This document shows, piece by piece, positions 26,514 through 37,146 of a DNA stretch of 64,000 bases. The position numbers and the translations under genes were made by a program. The notes beneath the pieces are model-generated. The model had not been told where the DNA came from, ran no database searches, and worked only from the letters and a program-made list of their open reading frames with translations. Numbering within the stretch: position 1 is the first letter of the stretch; each line of letters begins with the position of its first letter. The DNA is taken from positions 4,369-68,368 of the forward strand of contig JBNJDG010000001.1 of NCBI GenBank assembly GCA_051819665.1, read 5' to 3'. This DNA comes from Nanobdellota archaeon (GTDB lineage Archaea > Nanobdellota > Nanobdellia > Woesearchaeales > CAZZGN01).

Positions 26514-27538
26514 TCAGACGCCCAGAGACCCCCCCTGTATACGAAAGTCTTTACCTTCTTGTCCTGGCCGGGCTCTTTCAGTATCTGCGGGTTCTGGATC
26601 TGTTCGCTCTGATAACTCTCGGGATTGAGGGCTTCTATATTGGGTCTTATTGTGGTGATAGGGCTCTCTTTCGGTTCTTTCTCGATGGTCTCAATCTCCT
26701 TGTCCTTTGCATGGAACTTGACCTGTTTATCATAAACAAGATCATGTCCTATGATGTTGTTCTCCCTTAACCTCACTACCCTGTAAAGCCTGTCTCCTGT
26801 CTTTATGACGCTCCCTGTGTCATATTCGGGAAGCCTGATCAGGGCATTGACCCTGTAGATATCCTTGCTCCTCAGATGATCCCTTGAGAATACCTGCTCG
26901 TTGATCTTTATCTCTCCTCCGAATCTCTCGTGGAGCCTCCTCACTATGTCCTTTATATGTTTCTGGGAAGTGATGAGAGCATCAGCACCATCTTTAGTCC
27001 TCTTGAGGCTCGTCATGAAAACACTCCTCTTTGATTCAGATTTCATGATCTCCCTCAGGTATTCTATGCACTTCTCCGTCTTATCCTTCTCTTTACTCCT
27101 TATCTGTAGAGTGCCTTCAAAGTAGTCCGTATCCTGTTTGGAACATTTCTCGCAAGTGATGAACCTGATCGTTGAGGGGATCTCATACTCCTCATCAAGT
27201 TCGGAGCCTTCTTTAGTCTTACCCCTCAGGAAAAGGTAGACCGGAAAGCCTGCTTTATTACCTTGTTTAGGGGCATGTTGTGGAAGTTCGAATTCAAGTT
27301 CCAGAGAAGCATCTATGTCCTTGCTGAGCTTTATCCTTTTCCTGATGATTCTCTCGATCTCTTTCTTGGTATCTCCCTTATAGACCCTCCCTCTTTCATG
27401 GATATCTCCGCAGGACTGGCATATGGTGATCTCTTCAGGAGTATATTCGAACAGCTCAGTATTATCAGCAGAGCATTCTTTACACAGGCCGTCATAAAGT
27501 TCTTCTGTCTTTTTACCACACTTTGGGCAGAATCTCAT
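26510..27538 (-). CDS. NMD3-family protein (archaeal homologue of 60S export adaptor)
   Basis: N-terminal Cys clusters CPKCG...LCKEC...CQSCG and a length of about 340 aa as in the NMD3 N-terminal domain. Confidence 0.55.
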   Translation of the reverse strand: MRFCPKCGKKTEELYDGLCKECSADNTELFEYTPEEITICQSCGDIHERGRVYKGDTKKEIERIIRKRIKLSKDIDASLELEFELPQHAPKQGNKAGFPVYLFLRGKTKEGSELDEEYEIPSTIRFITCEKCSKQDTDYFEGTLQIRSKEKDKTEKCIEYLREIMKSESKRSVFMTSLKRTKDGADALITSQKHIKDIVRRLHERFGGEIKINEQVFSRDHLRSKDIYRVNALIRLPEYDTGSVIKTGDRLYRVVRLRENNIIGHDLVYDKQVKFHAKDKEIETIEKEPKESPITTIRPNIEALNPESYQSEQIQNPQILKEPGQDKKVKTFVYRGGLWASE

Positions 27539-27642
27539 GGCAGGGGTGTAATGAGCTATTGTTTATAAATGTTTTCTGCGCGTATCATACTGGAGAACCC
27601 TGCTAACACAATCCTAAAACCAAAGATTTATTAATAATCATT

Positions 27643-28323
27643 TTGATTGCGCTTCTTATGCCTAAGGAGAAAAGGGGCAGGAAGGCCCGGAGGATAGCCA
27701 GAGAGGTGTGGGATTTCATCTGGAATGATGATTCCCCTGCCAGCTGGATAGTGAATATAGTATTAGCTTACCTGCTGATAAAATTCATAGTCTATCCGGG
27801 CCTCGGGATGCTCCTCAGCACGGATTTTCCTGTAGTTGCCGTGGTTTCCGGAAGCATGTATCATGGTTTTGCAGATGCAGGCCATTATGGGGAGATGTGC
27901 GGAGAATTTTATCCGCCGGATATGGAAGAGACTTATGATACCTGGTGGGATAACTGTGGTTCGTTTTATGAGGCTAAGAACATAACAAAAGAGGAATTCA
28001 GGGACTTTCCGATGCATAATGGTTTCAGTAAAGGTGATATAATAGTCATTAAGGGATCTCCGCCTGATGAAGTGGAGGTTGGTGACATAATCGTCTTCAG
28101 GGGCAATAAATCATACCCTATAATCCACAGGGTAGTGGATACTGAGAATCGGAGCGGAAAGTTCTTATACCAGACAAAGGGTGATCATAACGAACGCTCT
28201 GATCCTGAATTCGAGAAAGGGATAACATATGATAAAATTATAGGAGAAGCTTATTTCAGAATACCTTATCTGGGATACTTAAAGATCTGGGCTGCTGAAT
28301 TGTGGTTCAGTATAGTGGGGTGA
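27643..28323 (+). CDS. signal peptidase I, archaeal/ER type (S26B)
   Basis: AVVSGSMYHGF (catalytic Ser box) and TKGDHN (His box) with N-terminal TM anchor. Confidence 0.75.
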   Translation: MIALLMPKEKRGRKARRIAREVWDFIWNDDSPASWIVNIVLAYLLIKFIVYPGLGMLLSTDFPVVAVVSGSMYHGFADAGHYGEMCGEFYPPDMEETYDTWWDNCGSFYEAKNITKEEFRDFPMHNGFSKGDIIVIKGSPPDEVEVGDIIVFRGNKSYPIIHRVVDTENRSGKFLYQTKGDHNERSDPEFEKGITYDKIIGEAYFRIPYLGYLKIWAAELWFSIVG

Positions 28324-28327
28324 AATC

Positions 28328-28648
28328 ATGTTGTTTTGTAAGAAATGCGGTTCGGTGATGATGCCGAAGAAGAAGAAGGACAAGAAAGTCATGGTCTGTA
28401 CGTCCTGTGGTCATGAAGAGAAATCTGCTGAAGAATCAAAGCTTAAGGAGGTTGTTGAGCACAAGGATGAGGTAGAAGTAGTTGGTAATGAAGCTGAAGA
28501 GACCATGTCCAAAGTGGAAGAGGAATGTCCTAAATGCGGTAATAATGAGGCATACTATTGGCTCCTTCAGACAAGGGCAGGTGATGAGGGAGAGACAAAG
28601 TTCTACAAGTGCACGAAATGCAAACATACCTGGAGAGAGTATGACTGA
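28328..28648 (+). CDS. tfs: transcription factor S (TFS; RNA polymerase subunit M-like cleavage factor)
   Basis: An N-terminal zinc ribbon CKKCGSVMMP...CTSCGH is paired with a C-terminal TFIIS-type ribbon carrying the acidic tip (QTRAGDEGETKFYKCTKCKHTWRE). Confidence 0.7.
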   Translation: MLFCKKCGSVMMPKKKKDKKVMVCTSCGHEEKSAEESKLKEVVEHKDEVEVVGNEAEETMSKVEEECPKCGNNEAYYWLLQTRAGDEGETKFYKCTKCKHTWREYD

Positions 28649-28688
28649 GTGATATCTCGTATTTTTTCATTGGAATAGGAAATATTGG

Positions 28689-30038
28689 TTATACCGGTTT
28701 GGGGTCATATATGTGGATCGCTTTCCCCGCAACTCGTTCTGCGGCTTCAGCAAGGCTTTCCGGCATTGTAGGGTGCGCATGTACTGTTTCTGAAAGTTCC
28801 TTCAATGTAACGCCGTGCTCTATGGCGAGGGTCGCTTCTGCTATCATATCTGATGCATTTGGTCCTACGCAGAGGACACCAAGGATTTCCTCGTTCCTGC
28901 TTATGATCTTGACGAAACCTTTTGTGCCATTAAGTGTCATCGCTCTTCCGGATACTGAAAGGGGCAACCTCGTTACCTTTATGTCCTCTTTATCCTCTGC
29001 CTCTTTTTCGCTAATCCCTACGGAAGCTATCTCAGGATCACTGAACACAGTGAAAGGGATAAGCTCTTTCCTTCCCTTATCATTACCTGAGATGTTCTCG
29101 GCGACCATCTTCCCTTCCATACTGGCCTTGTGAGCGAGCATGGGTCCTCCTGCTGCATCTCCTATCGCATATATGTCCTTACCTGCTCTGCATCTGTCGT
29201 CAACCTTCACGAATCCTTTGTCCAGACTGACATCAGTATTCTCAAGCCCCAGGTCTGTATTGGGTTTTCTCCCTACAGCCACAAGGATCTTCTCTGCTTC
29301 AATGGTCTTCTCTTCGCCTTCTTCTTCTATATTTACGTTCACTCTTTCGTCTTTCCCTGTGAAGCCTTTTGCCTTAGAGTTCAGATGTGTTATGATATTC
29401 CCTGTATTCAGTTTCTTGACAGCTTCCTGGTCCACACCGGGTAGTAGCTTATCTGTCATCTCAACTATATGGACCTTGCTCCCGAGCTTGTCAAAAACAG
29501 TCCCGAGTTCAGTTCCTATATAGCCTCCTCCTATGATAACAAGGCTCTCAGGTATGCTTTTCATGGAAAGTGCATCCGATGAGGACATGACCTTGTCTTC
29601 AGAAAAAGGGAAACCGGGGATCTCCACCGGGGAAGAGCCGGTAGCGATAATTGCCTTGTCAAAAGCTATCTTCTCATCGTTCACACTAATCTCTTTATTG
29701 TTAAGGAAGCTTGCCTTACCCTCGATGATCCTTATCCCGTTCTTCTTACAGAGAAAACGGACACCCATGTTAAGTCTCTTAACAATATTGTCCTTCCATG
29801 AGACCATCCTGGAAGGATCGAAAGAGTAGTCCTTTATATCTATACCCATCTTTGAGAATTCTTCAAAGCTCCCTAATACTCCGGCAGCATGTATGATCGC
29901 CTTAGTGGGGATACATCCCCTGTTGAGGCATACTCCTCCAACTTCTTCCTTTTCAATCAGAGTGACTTCATTCCCCAGCTGTGCAGCTCTTATAGCGACC
30001 GTATAACCGCCGGGACCGCCTCCGATGACCACAATCAT
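28689..30038 (-). CDS. lpd: dihydrolipoamide dehydrogenase-like FAD/NAD(P) disulfide oxidoreductase
   Basis: MIVVIGGGPGGY (FAD fold), redox disulfide GGVCLNRGCIPTK, C-terminal HAHPTMPE His-Glu dyad; the start overlaps the ferredoxin stop (atga). Confidence 0.8.
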   Translation of the reverse strand: MIVVIGGGPGGYTVAIRAAQLGNEVTLIEKEEVGGVCLNRGCIPTKAIIHAAGVLGSFEEFSKMGIDIKDYSFDPSRMVSWKDNIVKRLNMGVRFLCKKNGIRIIEGKASFLNNKEISVNDEKIAFDKAIIATGSSPVEIPGFPFSEDKVMSSSDALSMKSIPESLVIIGGGYIGTELGTVFDKLGSKVHIVEMTDKLLPGVDQEAVKKLNTGNIITHLNSKAKGFTGKDERVNVNIEEEGEEKTIEAEKILVAVGRKPNTDLGLENTDVSLDKGFVKVDDRCRAGKDIYAIGDAAGGPMLAHKASMEGKMVAENISGNDKGRKELIPFTVFSDPEIASVGISEKEAEDKEDIKVTRLPLSVSGRAMTLNGTKGFVKIISRNEEILGVLCVGPNASDMIAEATLAIEHGVTLKELSETVHAHPTMPESLAEAAERVAGKAIHIYDPKPV

Positions 30039-30199
30039 TCTGAAATTGCACCCTGAGGACAAGCTTCTTTGCATGCCCCGCAATCAATGCATTTATCCTG
30101 GTCTATCACAGCTACATCATCTTTCATGGTAATGGCTTCGACAGGGCATTTTTCCACACATGCACCGCATCCTATACATTTATCGCTGTCAACTTTCAT
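30035..30199 (-). CDS. 2x[4Fe-4S] ferredoxin
   Basis: CIGCGACVEKCP and CIDCGACKEACP motifs; 54-64 aa depending on start. Confidence 0.8.
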   Translation of the reverse strand: MKVDSDKCIGCGACVEKCPVEAITMKDDVAVIDQDKCIDCGACKEACPQGAISE

Positions 30200-33100
30200 T
30201 TTTGATATCCTCCAGTCTCCTTTTGGCATCTTTCTCTGCCTTATCGAATAACTTTTTGGCCCTTTCAGGAGCCTTTATTGTGAGGGATTTGTACCTTCTC
30301 TCTTTCATCAGGAAATCCTTGAAAGACTTCTTCGGTTCAGGGCTTTCCCATACTAACGGGTCTTTCCCCTCTTTCTCGAGATCCGGATTATATCTGTAGA
30401 GAGGCCAATAACCCGACTCGACAGCTTCCTTCTCCTCGTCTATACTGTGTCCCATATCACAACCATGGGCTATGCATGGCGCATAAGCAATTATTATCGA
30501 GGGCCCGTCATAATTCTCAGCCTCTACCAGTGCTTTCAACAGCTGCTGTTTGTTTGCACCCATGGCGACTGATGCGATATAGACATTGCCATATGACATC
30601 ATCATCAATCCCATGTTCTTTTTAGGGGTCTCTTTACCGGCTGAGGCGAACTTGGCACTTGCTCCCAGAGGCGTGGCCTTGGAAGCTTGTCCTCCTGTGT
30701 TTGAGTATACTTCTGTGTCAAGCACGAGAACATTTATGTTTTTGCCCTGGGCAAGTACATGATCGAGGCCTCCATAGCCGATATCGTAGGCCCATCCGTC
30801 TCCACCTACAGCCCATATGCTCTTGTTCATCAAGTAATCTTTCATCTCATCTATCTTCTTCAATACTGGCTCGCTTTCTCCGTATACGCATTCAAGTGCT
30901 TCCGGGAGGTTCTTCTTCACTTCAGCAGCAGCGTTCCTGGCCTCGTCATCTGTCTTGTCCCAGACCTTGAGCATGTTCTCTATTGCTTTTGAAAGATCAT
31001 CTGTAGTGCCTGTCTCCAGCAGTTTCTCCAGATACATCTTCAATTGTCCCCTCATCTGGTTTACTGCAAGCCGGAAACCCAGTCCGTATTCTGCATTGTC
31101 CTCGAATAAAGAGTTGGCCCAGGCGGGTCCTTTGCCTTCCTTATCCTGGCAATAAGGGATCGTGGGGAACATTCCTCCCCATATGGATGAACATCCTGTA
31201 GCATTCGCTATTATCATCCTGTCTCCGAAGAGTTGTGTCACTGTCTTTATGTAAGGTGTCTCGCCGCATCCTGCACAGGCGCCCGGAAATTCGAACATCG
31301 GTTGTTTGAATTGTGTATTCTTAAGGGTATGTTCTTTGGTGCCCTCTGTAACATTTTCAGGAAGCTTATCAAAGAATTCCTGTCTTTTATCCTCGCCGTC
31401 TTCCCTTGCTTTCTCGACAGGCCTCATCTCAAGTGCATTCACCGGACAGGCATTGACACATAGACCACATTCCACACAATCTTCAGGATAACACTGGACC
31501 CTGAAATCAAGCTCTTTATTGCTCTTTGATTGGATGGTCATGAAACCCTCAGGAGCACCCCTGAGATCTTCTTTCTTTATCTGTTTCATCCTTATCGCGG
31601 TATGCGGGCAGACCATTGAACAGAAACCGCACTGGATACATTTATCCGGTTTCCACTCAGGTACATTCTTGGTTGCTCCTCTCTTCTCAAGTTTTGTGGT
31701 CGAGAGCGGGACACTTCCGTCAAGCGTCATCTTAGAGACCGGGATACTATCCCCTTCAAAGAGCATGGATGGTTTGACTATATCTTTTGCGAACTTGTCT
31801 GCATCCTCAGGTACCATCTCCTTTACGGGAGCGGATTCCTCTCCAGTATCTGTCCTGGCCTTCTCGACTGCTTCTAAAGCCAAATCGACGCATTTCCAGT
31901 TCTTCTCGACGATCTCCTTGCCCTTCAGCCTGAATTGTTTCTCTATGAACTCTTTTATGTAACCGACCGCCTTATCTATAGGGATTATGTTGGTCAGCTT
32001 GAAGAAAGCCACTTGCATCACAGTATTTATCCGGTTCCCCAGGCCTGCTTTCTCGGCTATGCTGAAAGCGTCTATAACATAGAACTTTATGTTCTTCGCT
32101 CTTATAGTCTCCTGCATCTCTTTAGTGAGATGCTTGAATGCCTCATCCTTCGAATGCTTGGTATTCATGAGGAAGATGCCGTTCTCTTTCAGCCCTCTGA
32201 GCAGGTCGTATTTGCCGATGTAAGATGGTTTATGGAGGGCGATGAAATCAAGTTTTGTAGGCTTGTATGTGGATCTTATATTATCATCACTTATCCTGAG
32301 ATAGGACCTTGTAGTGCCTCCTGATTTCTTGGCATCATAAGAGAAGTATGCCTGGACTTCCTTATCGGTATTCTCACCGATTATCTTTATAGCATTCTTG
32401 TTGGCGCTCACAGTCCCGTCAGAGCCGTAACCCCAGAACTGGCACCTGTATACGCTCTCTGGTTCTGTATCTATCTCTTCCTTGATGGGGATTGAAAGGT
32501 TCGTCACATCATCATTGATGCCGACTGTGAAACCGTTGAAACCATTCTCAAGATGGTCGTATACTGCCTTTACCATCGATGGTGTGAATTCTTTAGAAGA
32601 GAGCCCGTACCTTCCTCCCAGGATCTCTATGTCCCTGCCTTTGAGAGCTGAAACAACGTCGAGGTATAATGGCTCTCCGGGACTTCCCGGTTCTTTTGTC
32701 CTGTCAAGTACAGCAACCTTCTTTACGGATCCGGGTATCTTATCGATGAAGTCTTCTGCGGAGAAAGGACGGTACAATTTCACCTTTATCGCACCAACTT
32801 TCTCTCCTCTTCCGTTCAGGTATCTAACAGTCTCATCTATAGTATCGGTGGATGAACCCATGGCCACGATGAGCTTCTCTGCATCCTCAGCTCCTGTGTA
32901 TTCGAAAGGTTCATATTTCCTGCCTGTTTTCTCATAGAACAGGTCCATATATTTCCTGACTATCTTCGGTGCTTCGAGATAATACTTGTTAACGGTCTCC
33001 CTTCCCTGGAAGTAGATCTCAGGTCCTTCCGCTCCTACCTTTGCATAGGGCTTTTCAGGTCGCAGGGCATGCTCTTTGAAATTCCTTACGGAATCCATGT

Positions 33101-33683
33101 TGACCATCTCCTTCAGCGTGTCATATTCTATAAGGTCTATCTTCTGTATCTCATGGGAAGTCCTGAAACCGTCGAAGAAATGGAGGAAAGGTATCCCTGA
33201 TTCGATTGAAGCCAGGTGGGCTATTGCAGCCATGTCCTGTGATTCCTGGACATTAGAGGAAGAGAGCATCCCGAATCCGGTGGACCTTGCAGCCATCACA
33301 TCCGAATGATCCGCATAGATGGATAATGCCTGTGCTGCCAGGCTTCTTGCAGCTATATGGAAAACGCCCGGGAGCATCTCTCCCGCTATCTTGTACATGT
33401 TAGGGAGCATGAGCAGAAGGCCCTGTGAATTCGTGAAAGTGGAAGTAAGTGCTCCTGCGCTCAATGAACCATGCACAGATCCTGAAGCTCCTGCTTCGGA
33501 CTGCATCTCCTGCACAGAAACTTTCTGTTCAAAGATGTTCTTCCTGTCTTTTGCTGACCATGTGTCCACAAGTTCACCCATGGGTGAAGCGGGGGTTATA
33601 GGGAATATCGCAGCGACCTCAGATAAAGCATATGCTACATGAGCTGCTGCTGTATTACCGTCAAAAGTAGCTTTTTTTACCAT
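30189..33683 (-). CDS. nifJ: pyruvate:ferredoxin (flavodoxin) oxidoreductase, single-polypeptide NifJ/PFOR type
   Basis: 1164 aa. The N-terminus MVKKATFDGNTAAAHVAYALSEVAAIFPITPASPMGE closely matches bacterial PFOR. Internal ferredoxin-like Cys clusters (CIQCGFCSMVCP, CVECGLCVNACP) and a TPP-binding region are present. Confidence 0.9.
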   Translation of the reverse strand: MVKKATFDGNTAAAHVAYALSEVAAIFPITPASPMGELVDTWSAKDRKNIFEQKVSVQEMQSEAGASGSVHGSLSAGALTSTFTNSQGLLLMLPNMYKIAGEMLPGVFHIAARSLAAQALSIYADHSDVMAARSTGFGMLSSSNVQESQDMAAIAHLASIESGIPFLHFFDGFRTSHEIQKIDLIEYDTLKEMVNMDSVRNFKEHALRPEKPYAKVGAEGPEIYFQGRETVNKYYLEAPKIVRKYMDLFYEKTGRKYEPFEYTGAEDAEKLIVAMGSSTDTIDETVRYLNGRGEKVGAIKVKLYRPFSAEDFIDKIPGSVKKVAVLDRTKEPGSPGEPLYLDVVSALKGRDIEILGGRYGLSSKEFTPSMVKAVYDHLENGFNGFTVGINDDVTNLSIPIKEEIDTEPESVYRCQFWGYGSDGTVSANKNAIKIIGENTDKEVQAYFSYDAKKSGGTTRSYLRISDDNIRSTYKPTKLDFIALHKPSYIGKYDLLRGLKENGIFLMNTKHSKDEAFKHLTKEMQETIRAKNIKFYVIDAFSIAEKAGLGNRINTVMQVAFFKLTNIIPIDKAVGYIKEFIEKQFRLKGKEIVEKNWKCVDLALEAVEKARTDTGEESAPVKEMVPEDADKFAKDIVKPSMLFEGDSIPVSKMTLDGSVPLSTTKLEKRGATKNVPEWKPDKCIQCGFCSMVCPHTAIRMKQIKKEDLRGAPEGFMTIQSKSNKELDFRVQCYPEDCVECGLCVNACPVNALEMRPVEKAREDGEDKRQEFFDKLPENVTEGTKEHTLKNTQFKQPMFEFPGACAGCGETPYIKTVTQLFGDRMIIANATGCSSIWGGMFPTIPYCQDKEGKGPAWANSLFEDNAEYGLGFRLAVNQMRGQLKMYLEKLLETGTTDDLSKAIENMLKVWDKTDDEARNAAAEVKKNLPEALECVYGESEPVLKKIDEMKDYLMNKSIWAVGGDGWAYDIGYGGLDHVLAQGKNINVLVLDTEVYSNTGGQASKATPLGASAKFASAGKETPKKNMGLMMMSYGNVYIASVAMGANKQQLLKALVEAENYDGPSIIIAYAPCIAHGCDMGHSIDEEKEAVESGYWPLYRYNPDLEKEGKDPLVWESPEPKKSFKDFLMKERRYKSLTIKAPERAKKLFDKAEKDAKRRLEDIKNES

Positions 33684-33722
33684 ATTATACCTCTTTTTTG
33701 TTATGCGGCGTCAATTTGGTTT

Positions 33723-34547
33723 TTATATTTTTCGTTGTTGTGATTTTTTCCTCTCATCCGTTATTATATTTCTCGGACAAGCGCTGACACATTTTCCGCA
33801 TTGTATGCATTTATCATAATCTATGACAGCCAGATTCTCCTTCACATGTATGGCATCTGCAGGACATGCCTTCTCACATGCTCTGCATGCTATGCATCCG
33901 ACCCTGCAAGTTTTTGTGACATCTCCTGCCTTATCCTTTGAAGAACATAGTACATGTATCTTCTTATTCCCGGGCACAAGTTCGAATAAACCTTTTGGAC
34001 ATGCTTTGACACATTCACCGCATGCAACGCATTTTTCTTTATCAACAACCGGCAGGCCGTTCTTGTCCAGGCTTAAGGCTCCGAACCTGCAGGCATCCAC
34101 ACAGTCCCCATACCCGAGGCATCCATATGGGCAGGATTTCGGTCCTCCCTGAAGCATTGACGCAGCCTTACAACTCCTGATCCCTTCATATTCAAACCTT
34201 CTGTCCGTCTCTCTGTCTCCTCCTGCACATTTCAATACTGCTACACGATCTTCCTTTTCACTCTTCCCGCCTCCTTTTCCGGTAATCTTTGATATTTTCT
34301 TTTTCACTTCTTCCTGGCCTGGTACACAAAGGTCAGCGGGTACTTTCTCGTTTTTCACCACTGCTTCTGCATATCCTCTGCATCCGCTATACCCGCATGC
34401 CCCGCAGTCAAGATGGGGGAGAATATCCAGGACCTTTTTCACTTCCGGATCCTCCCTTACACTGAACCTCTTAGAGGCGAAAGCCAGGAAGATCCCGAAT
34501 ACAAGTCCGAGTCCGCCGAGGACGATTATCGATTCAAGTATCATCAT
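33723..34547 (-). CDS. rnfB: Rnf complex subunit B (polyferredoxin type)
   Basis: N-terminal TM helix, CGACGYSGCRGYAEA motif, followed by several 4Fe-4S Cys clusters. Confidence 0.85.
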   Translation of the reverse strand: MMILESIIVLGGLGLVFGIFLAFASKRFSVREDPEVKKVLDILPHLDCGACGYSGCRGYAEAVVKNEKVPADLCVPGQEEVKKKISKITGKGGGKSEKEDRVAVLKCAGGDRETDRRFEYEGIRSCKAASMLQGGPKSCPYGCLGYGDCVDACRFGALSLDKNGLPVVDKEKCVACGECVKACPKGLFELVPGNKKIHVLCSSKDKAGDVTKTCRVGCIACRACEKACPADAIHVKENLAVIDYDKCIQCGKCVSACPRNIITDERKKSQQRKI

Positions 34548-35122
34548 ATCATTCCTGAAAAGGCTAAAAATGACAACGACATAAGGGCTGCGACAATGAA
34601 GGAGATAGGCATCCCCTCGAAAGCCTTTGGCACATCATTGAGTTCAAGCCTTTCTCTTATCCCTGACATTAGCATGAGTGCGAGGAGAAATCCTAAGCCT
34701 GCAGAGAACCCATAGACTGAGGTATGGAGGAAAGAATATTCCTTCTGGACATTCAGGAGGGCAACTCCCATCACTGCACAATTGGTGGTTATTAGTGGTA
34801 GGTATATCCCGAGCGTCCTGTAAAGTGCGGGGTTCACTTTCCGCAGGAAGATCTCGACGAATTGCACTAAGCTCGCAATAACTAGTATGAATACGATTAT
34901 CTTCAGGTATTCAAGTCCCAAAGGGAGCAGTACTATATTATACATCACCCAGGTAACTATCGATGCGAGTGTCATCACGAAAATCACTGCAAGACCCATT
35001 CCCAGAGCAGGTTTCGTCTTTTTCGATACGCCGAAGAAAGGGCAAAGCCCTAAAAACTTAGCTAATATGAAATTATTCACAAAGATGGCTCCCAGCATAA
35101 TGGATATGATCTCCTGAGTCAT
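34544..35122 (-). CDS. rnfA: Rnf complex subunit A
   Basis: NNFILAKFLGLCPFFGVS signature; 6-TM; 4-nt overlaps with neighbours. Confidence 0.85.
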   Translation of the reverse strand: MTQEIISIMLGAIFVNNFILAKFLGLCPFFGVSKKTKPALGMGLAVIFVMTLASIVTWVMYNIVLLPLGLEYLKIIVFILVIASLVQFVEIFLRKVNPALYRTLGIYLPLITTNCAVMGVALLNVQKEYSFLHTSVYGFSAGLGFLLALMLMSGIRERLELNDVPKAFEGMPISFIVAALMSLSFLAFSGMI

Positions 35123-35736
35123 TCTGTGGCCTCCTTCTTATTGCTTATATGCTTGAACAACCCCATCAACAGGCCCATGGTAAGAAGAGCTCCCGGAGGG
35201 AGTATGAAGATCATCGCTGGTTCCATGGGTATAGTGAAGAGTGTCATGTTGAATATCTCCAGGCTTCCTGTACCGAGGATCTCTCTGATTCCGCCTATAA
35301 GGAGGAGCGAGAATGTAAAGCCGATACCCATCCCTGCTGCATCAAGTATGGACTTGAAAGGCCTGTTCCTGGAGGCGAAAGCTTCGACCCTCCCCATGAT
35401 TATGCAGTTCGATACGATAAGAGGAACGTATATGCCCAGTGCTTCATTCAGGGAAGGGAAATATGCCTGCATAACAAGACTGACGATTGTTACGAATGAA
35501 GCTATGATCACTATGAAGACGGGGATCCTTACCCTTTTCGGGATAATGTTCCTGATGAATGATATTATTGTGCTCGAAAGGATAAGCACGAATGTTGCTG
35601 CCACGCCCATACCTATCGAATTATTAAGGCTCGTGGACACAGCGAGGAAAGGACATAGTCCCAGAACAAGGCAGAACACGGGATTCTTCCTGAATATCCC
35701 CTTTACAAGTTCCTGGAAATCACTCTTCTGTTCCAT
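35119..35736 (-). CDS. rnfE: Rnf complex subunit E
   Basis: LVLGLCPFLAVSTSLNNSIGMG signature. Confidence 0.85.
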   Translation of the reverse strand: MEQKSDFQELVKGIFRKNPVFCLVLGLCPFLAVSTSLNNSIGMGVAATFVLILSSTIISFIRNIIPKRVRIPVFIVIIASFVTIVSLVMQAYFPSLNEALGIYVPLIVSNCIIMGRVEAFASRNRPFKSILDAAGMGIGFTFSLLLIGGIREILGTGSLEIFNMTLFTIPMEPAMIFILPPGALLTMGLLMGLFKHISNKKEATE

Positions 35737-36223
35737 TCAATGCCTCCCTTACTCCTTCGGTCACTGCGGATGATGAGATTGTGGCTCCTGTGACAGCATC
35801 TATGCTTCCTCCTTCCTCTCTGAGCTTTATGTTTTTTCCCATTTTATTCTCGAATTGTTTAAGGAAGGTCCTGTTCTCTATCTTGGTTCCTAAACCGGGT
35901 GTCTCCTCCTGGTTGAGGACGTCCACTCCTGTCACCTTATTATCTTTGTCTATACCTACAATGAGCTCTATCTCTGATGAATATCCCTGGCTTTTCACCC
36001 TGACCACTTTTCCTATGGGCTCATCATCGAGGTAAGCTTCATAATGATCTCCTTTCTTCTCGAAATCATCTGCGTTCATAACCCTCTCCAGTGATCTGTC
36101 GAGCTTATCCTTCTGCCTCTCTTCAATCTTTTCAGAGGTGATATCTTTTGTGAGGCCGAGGGCACCGGCAGCTATTATGGTGACGATCATGAGTACAAGT
36201 CCTGTCCTTATTACCTCGTTCAT
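35720..36223 (-). CDS. rnfG: Rnf complex subunit G (FMN-binding)
   Basis: N-terminal TM anchor; FMN-attachment motif SIDAVTGATISS. Confidence 0.8.
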   Translation of the reverse strand: MNEVIRTGLVLMIVTIIAAGALGLTKDITSEKIEERQKDKLDRSLERVMNADDFEKKGDHYEAYLDDEPIGKVVRVKSQGYSSEIELIVGIDKDNKVTGVDVLNQEETPGLGTKIENRTFLKQFENKMGKNIKLREEGGSIDAVTGATISSSAVTEGVREALNGTEE

Positions 36224-37146
36224 TGTTTTGCACCGAAGGGTCTTCTTTTGGTGAATCTGTCTATAAGGGGCACTACCATGTTCATGAAGAGAATGGAGAA
36301 CATGACACCTTCAGGATACCCTGAGAATAGTCTCAGTATGATTGTCAGGGAACCGCATCCTGCTCCGAATATGAGCCTTCCTCTGGGAGTTATAGGGCTG
36401 GTGACATAATCAGTCGCCATGAAGAACGCGCCGATGAGAAGTCCTCCTGCAAGGATATGGAAGACAGGGTCCTGTCCCAGTATCAAGGAAAAGACGGCTG
36501 CTGTCCCGATGAAACCGAATGGGATCCGCCAGTCTATTATCCCCTTATAAAGGAGGAATGCACCGCCGATGAGTATTGCTATGGCTGATGTCTCCCCTAT
36601 GCATCCGCCGATATTGCCTATCAGGAGATTTTCGTAAGCTGCTTTTCCCCCTCCCTGTTTCAACATCCCGAGAGGTGTAGCGCCTGTGATGCCGTCAGGT
36701 GATACCCATTCGGTCATAATGCCTGACCAGGAGATCACAAGGAAAGCCCTTCCCACAAGGGCAGGGTTGAATATGTTCTGTCCCAGTCCCCCGAATACAT
36801 GTTTTCCAATGGATATAGAGACAATCGCTCCTATGAAGGGTATCCACCAGGGCACAGTCGGTGACAGTACGAGGGCCAGCAGAAGGCCCGTGAGTACAGC
36901 CGAACCATCTTGGATCGTGACTTTCTTACCTGCTAGTTTCTGTATCGTGAACTCGGTCAGTACAGCAGTCACTATCGAGACCGAGATTATTTTCACTGCG
37001 CTCATCCCGAAGAAGTATACAGATGCGAAAACAACAGGCAGAAGGGCCAGTACGACATACCACATTATGCTCCTTACGTTCTCTTTGCCCTTCATGTGAG
37101 GGTTATCGGAGATTACGGTCTTTCCTTCGTCCTTATTGTTTGTCAT
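36220..37146 (-). CDS. rnfD: Rnf complex subunit D
   Basis: NqrB/RnfD-like polytopic protein; FNPALVGRAF and DGITGATPL (flavinylation Thr) motifs. Confidence 0.85.
   Translation of the reverse strand: MTNNKDEGKTVISDNPHMKGKENVRSIMWYVVLALLPVVFASVYFFGMSAVKIISVSIVTAVLTEFTIQKLAGKKVTIQDGSAVLTGLLLALVLSPTVPWWIPFIGAIVSISIGKHVFGGLGQNIFNPALVGRAFLVISWSGIMTEWVSPDGITGATPLGMLKQGGGKAAYENLLIGNIGGCIGETSAIAILIGGAFLLYKGIIDWRIPFGFIGTAAVFSLILGQDPVFHILAGGLLIGAFFMATDYVTSPITPRGRLIFGAGCGSLTIILRLFSGYPEGVMFSILFMNMVVPLIDRFTKRRPFGAKQ

Noticed and set aside
35126-35773. 215-aa plus-strand ORF antisense to rnfE/rnfG
   Set aside because: It overlaps conserved Rnf subunits on the opposite strand and has an odd composition. 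It is a shadow ORF. The same holds for the other antisense ORFs inside PFOR, ileS, nrdJ and TFB (e.g. 12302..12625).
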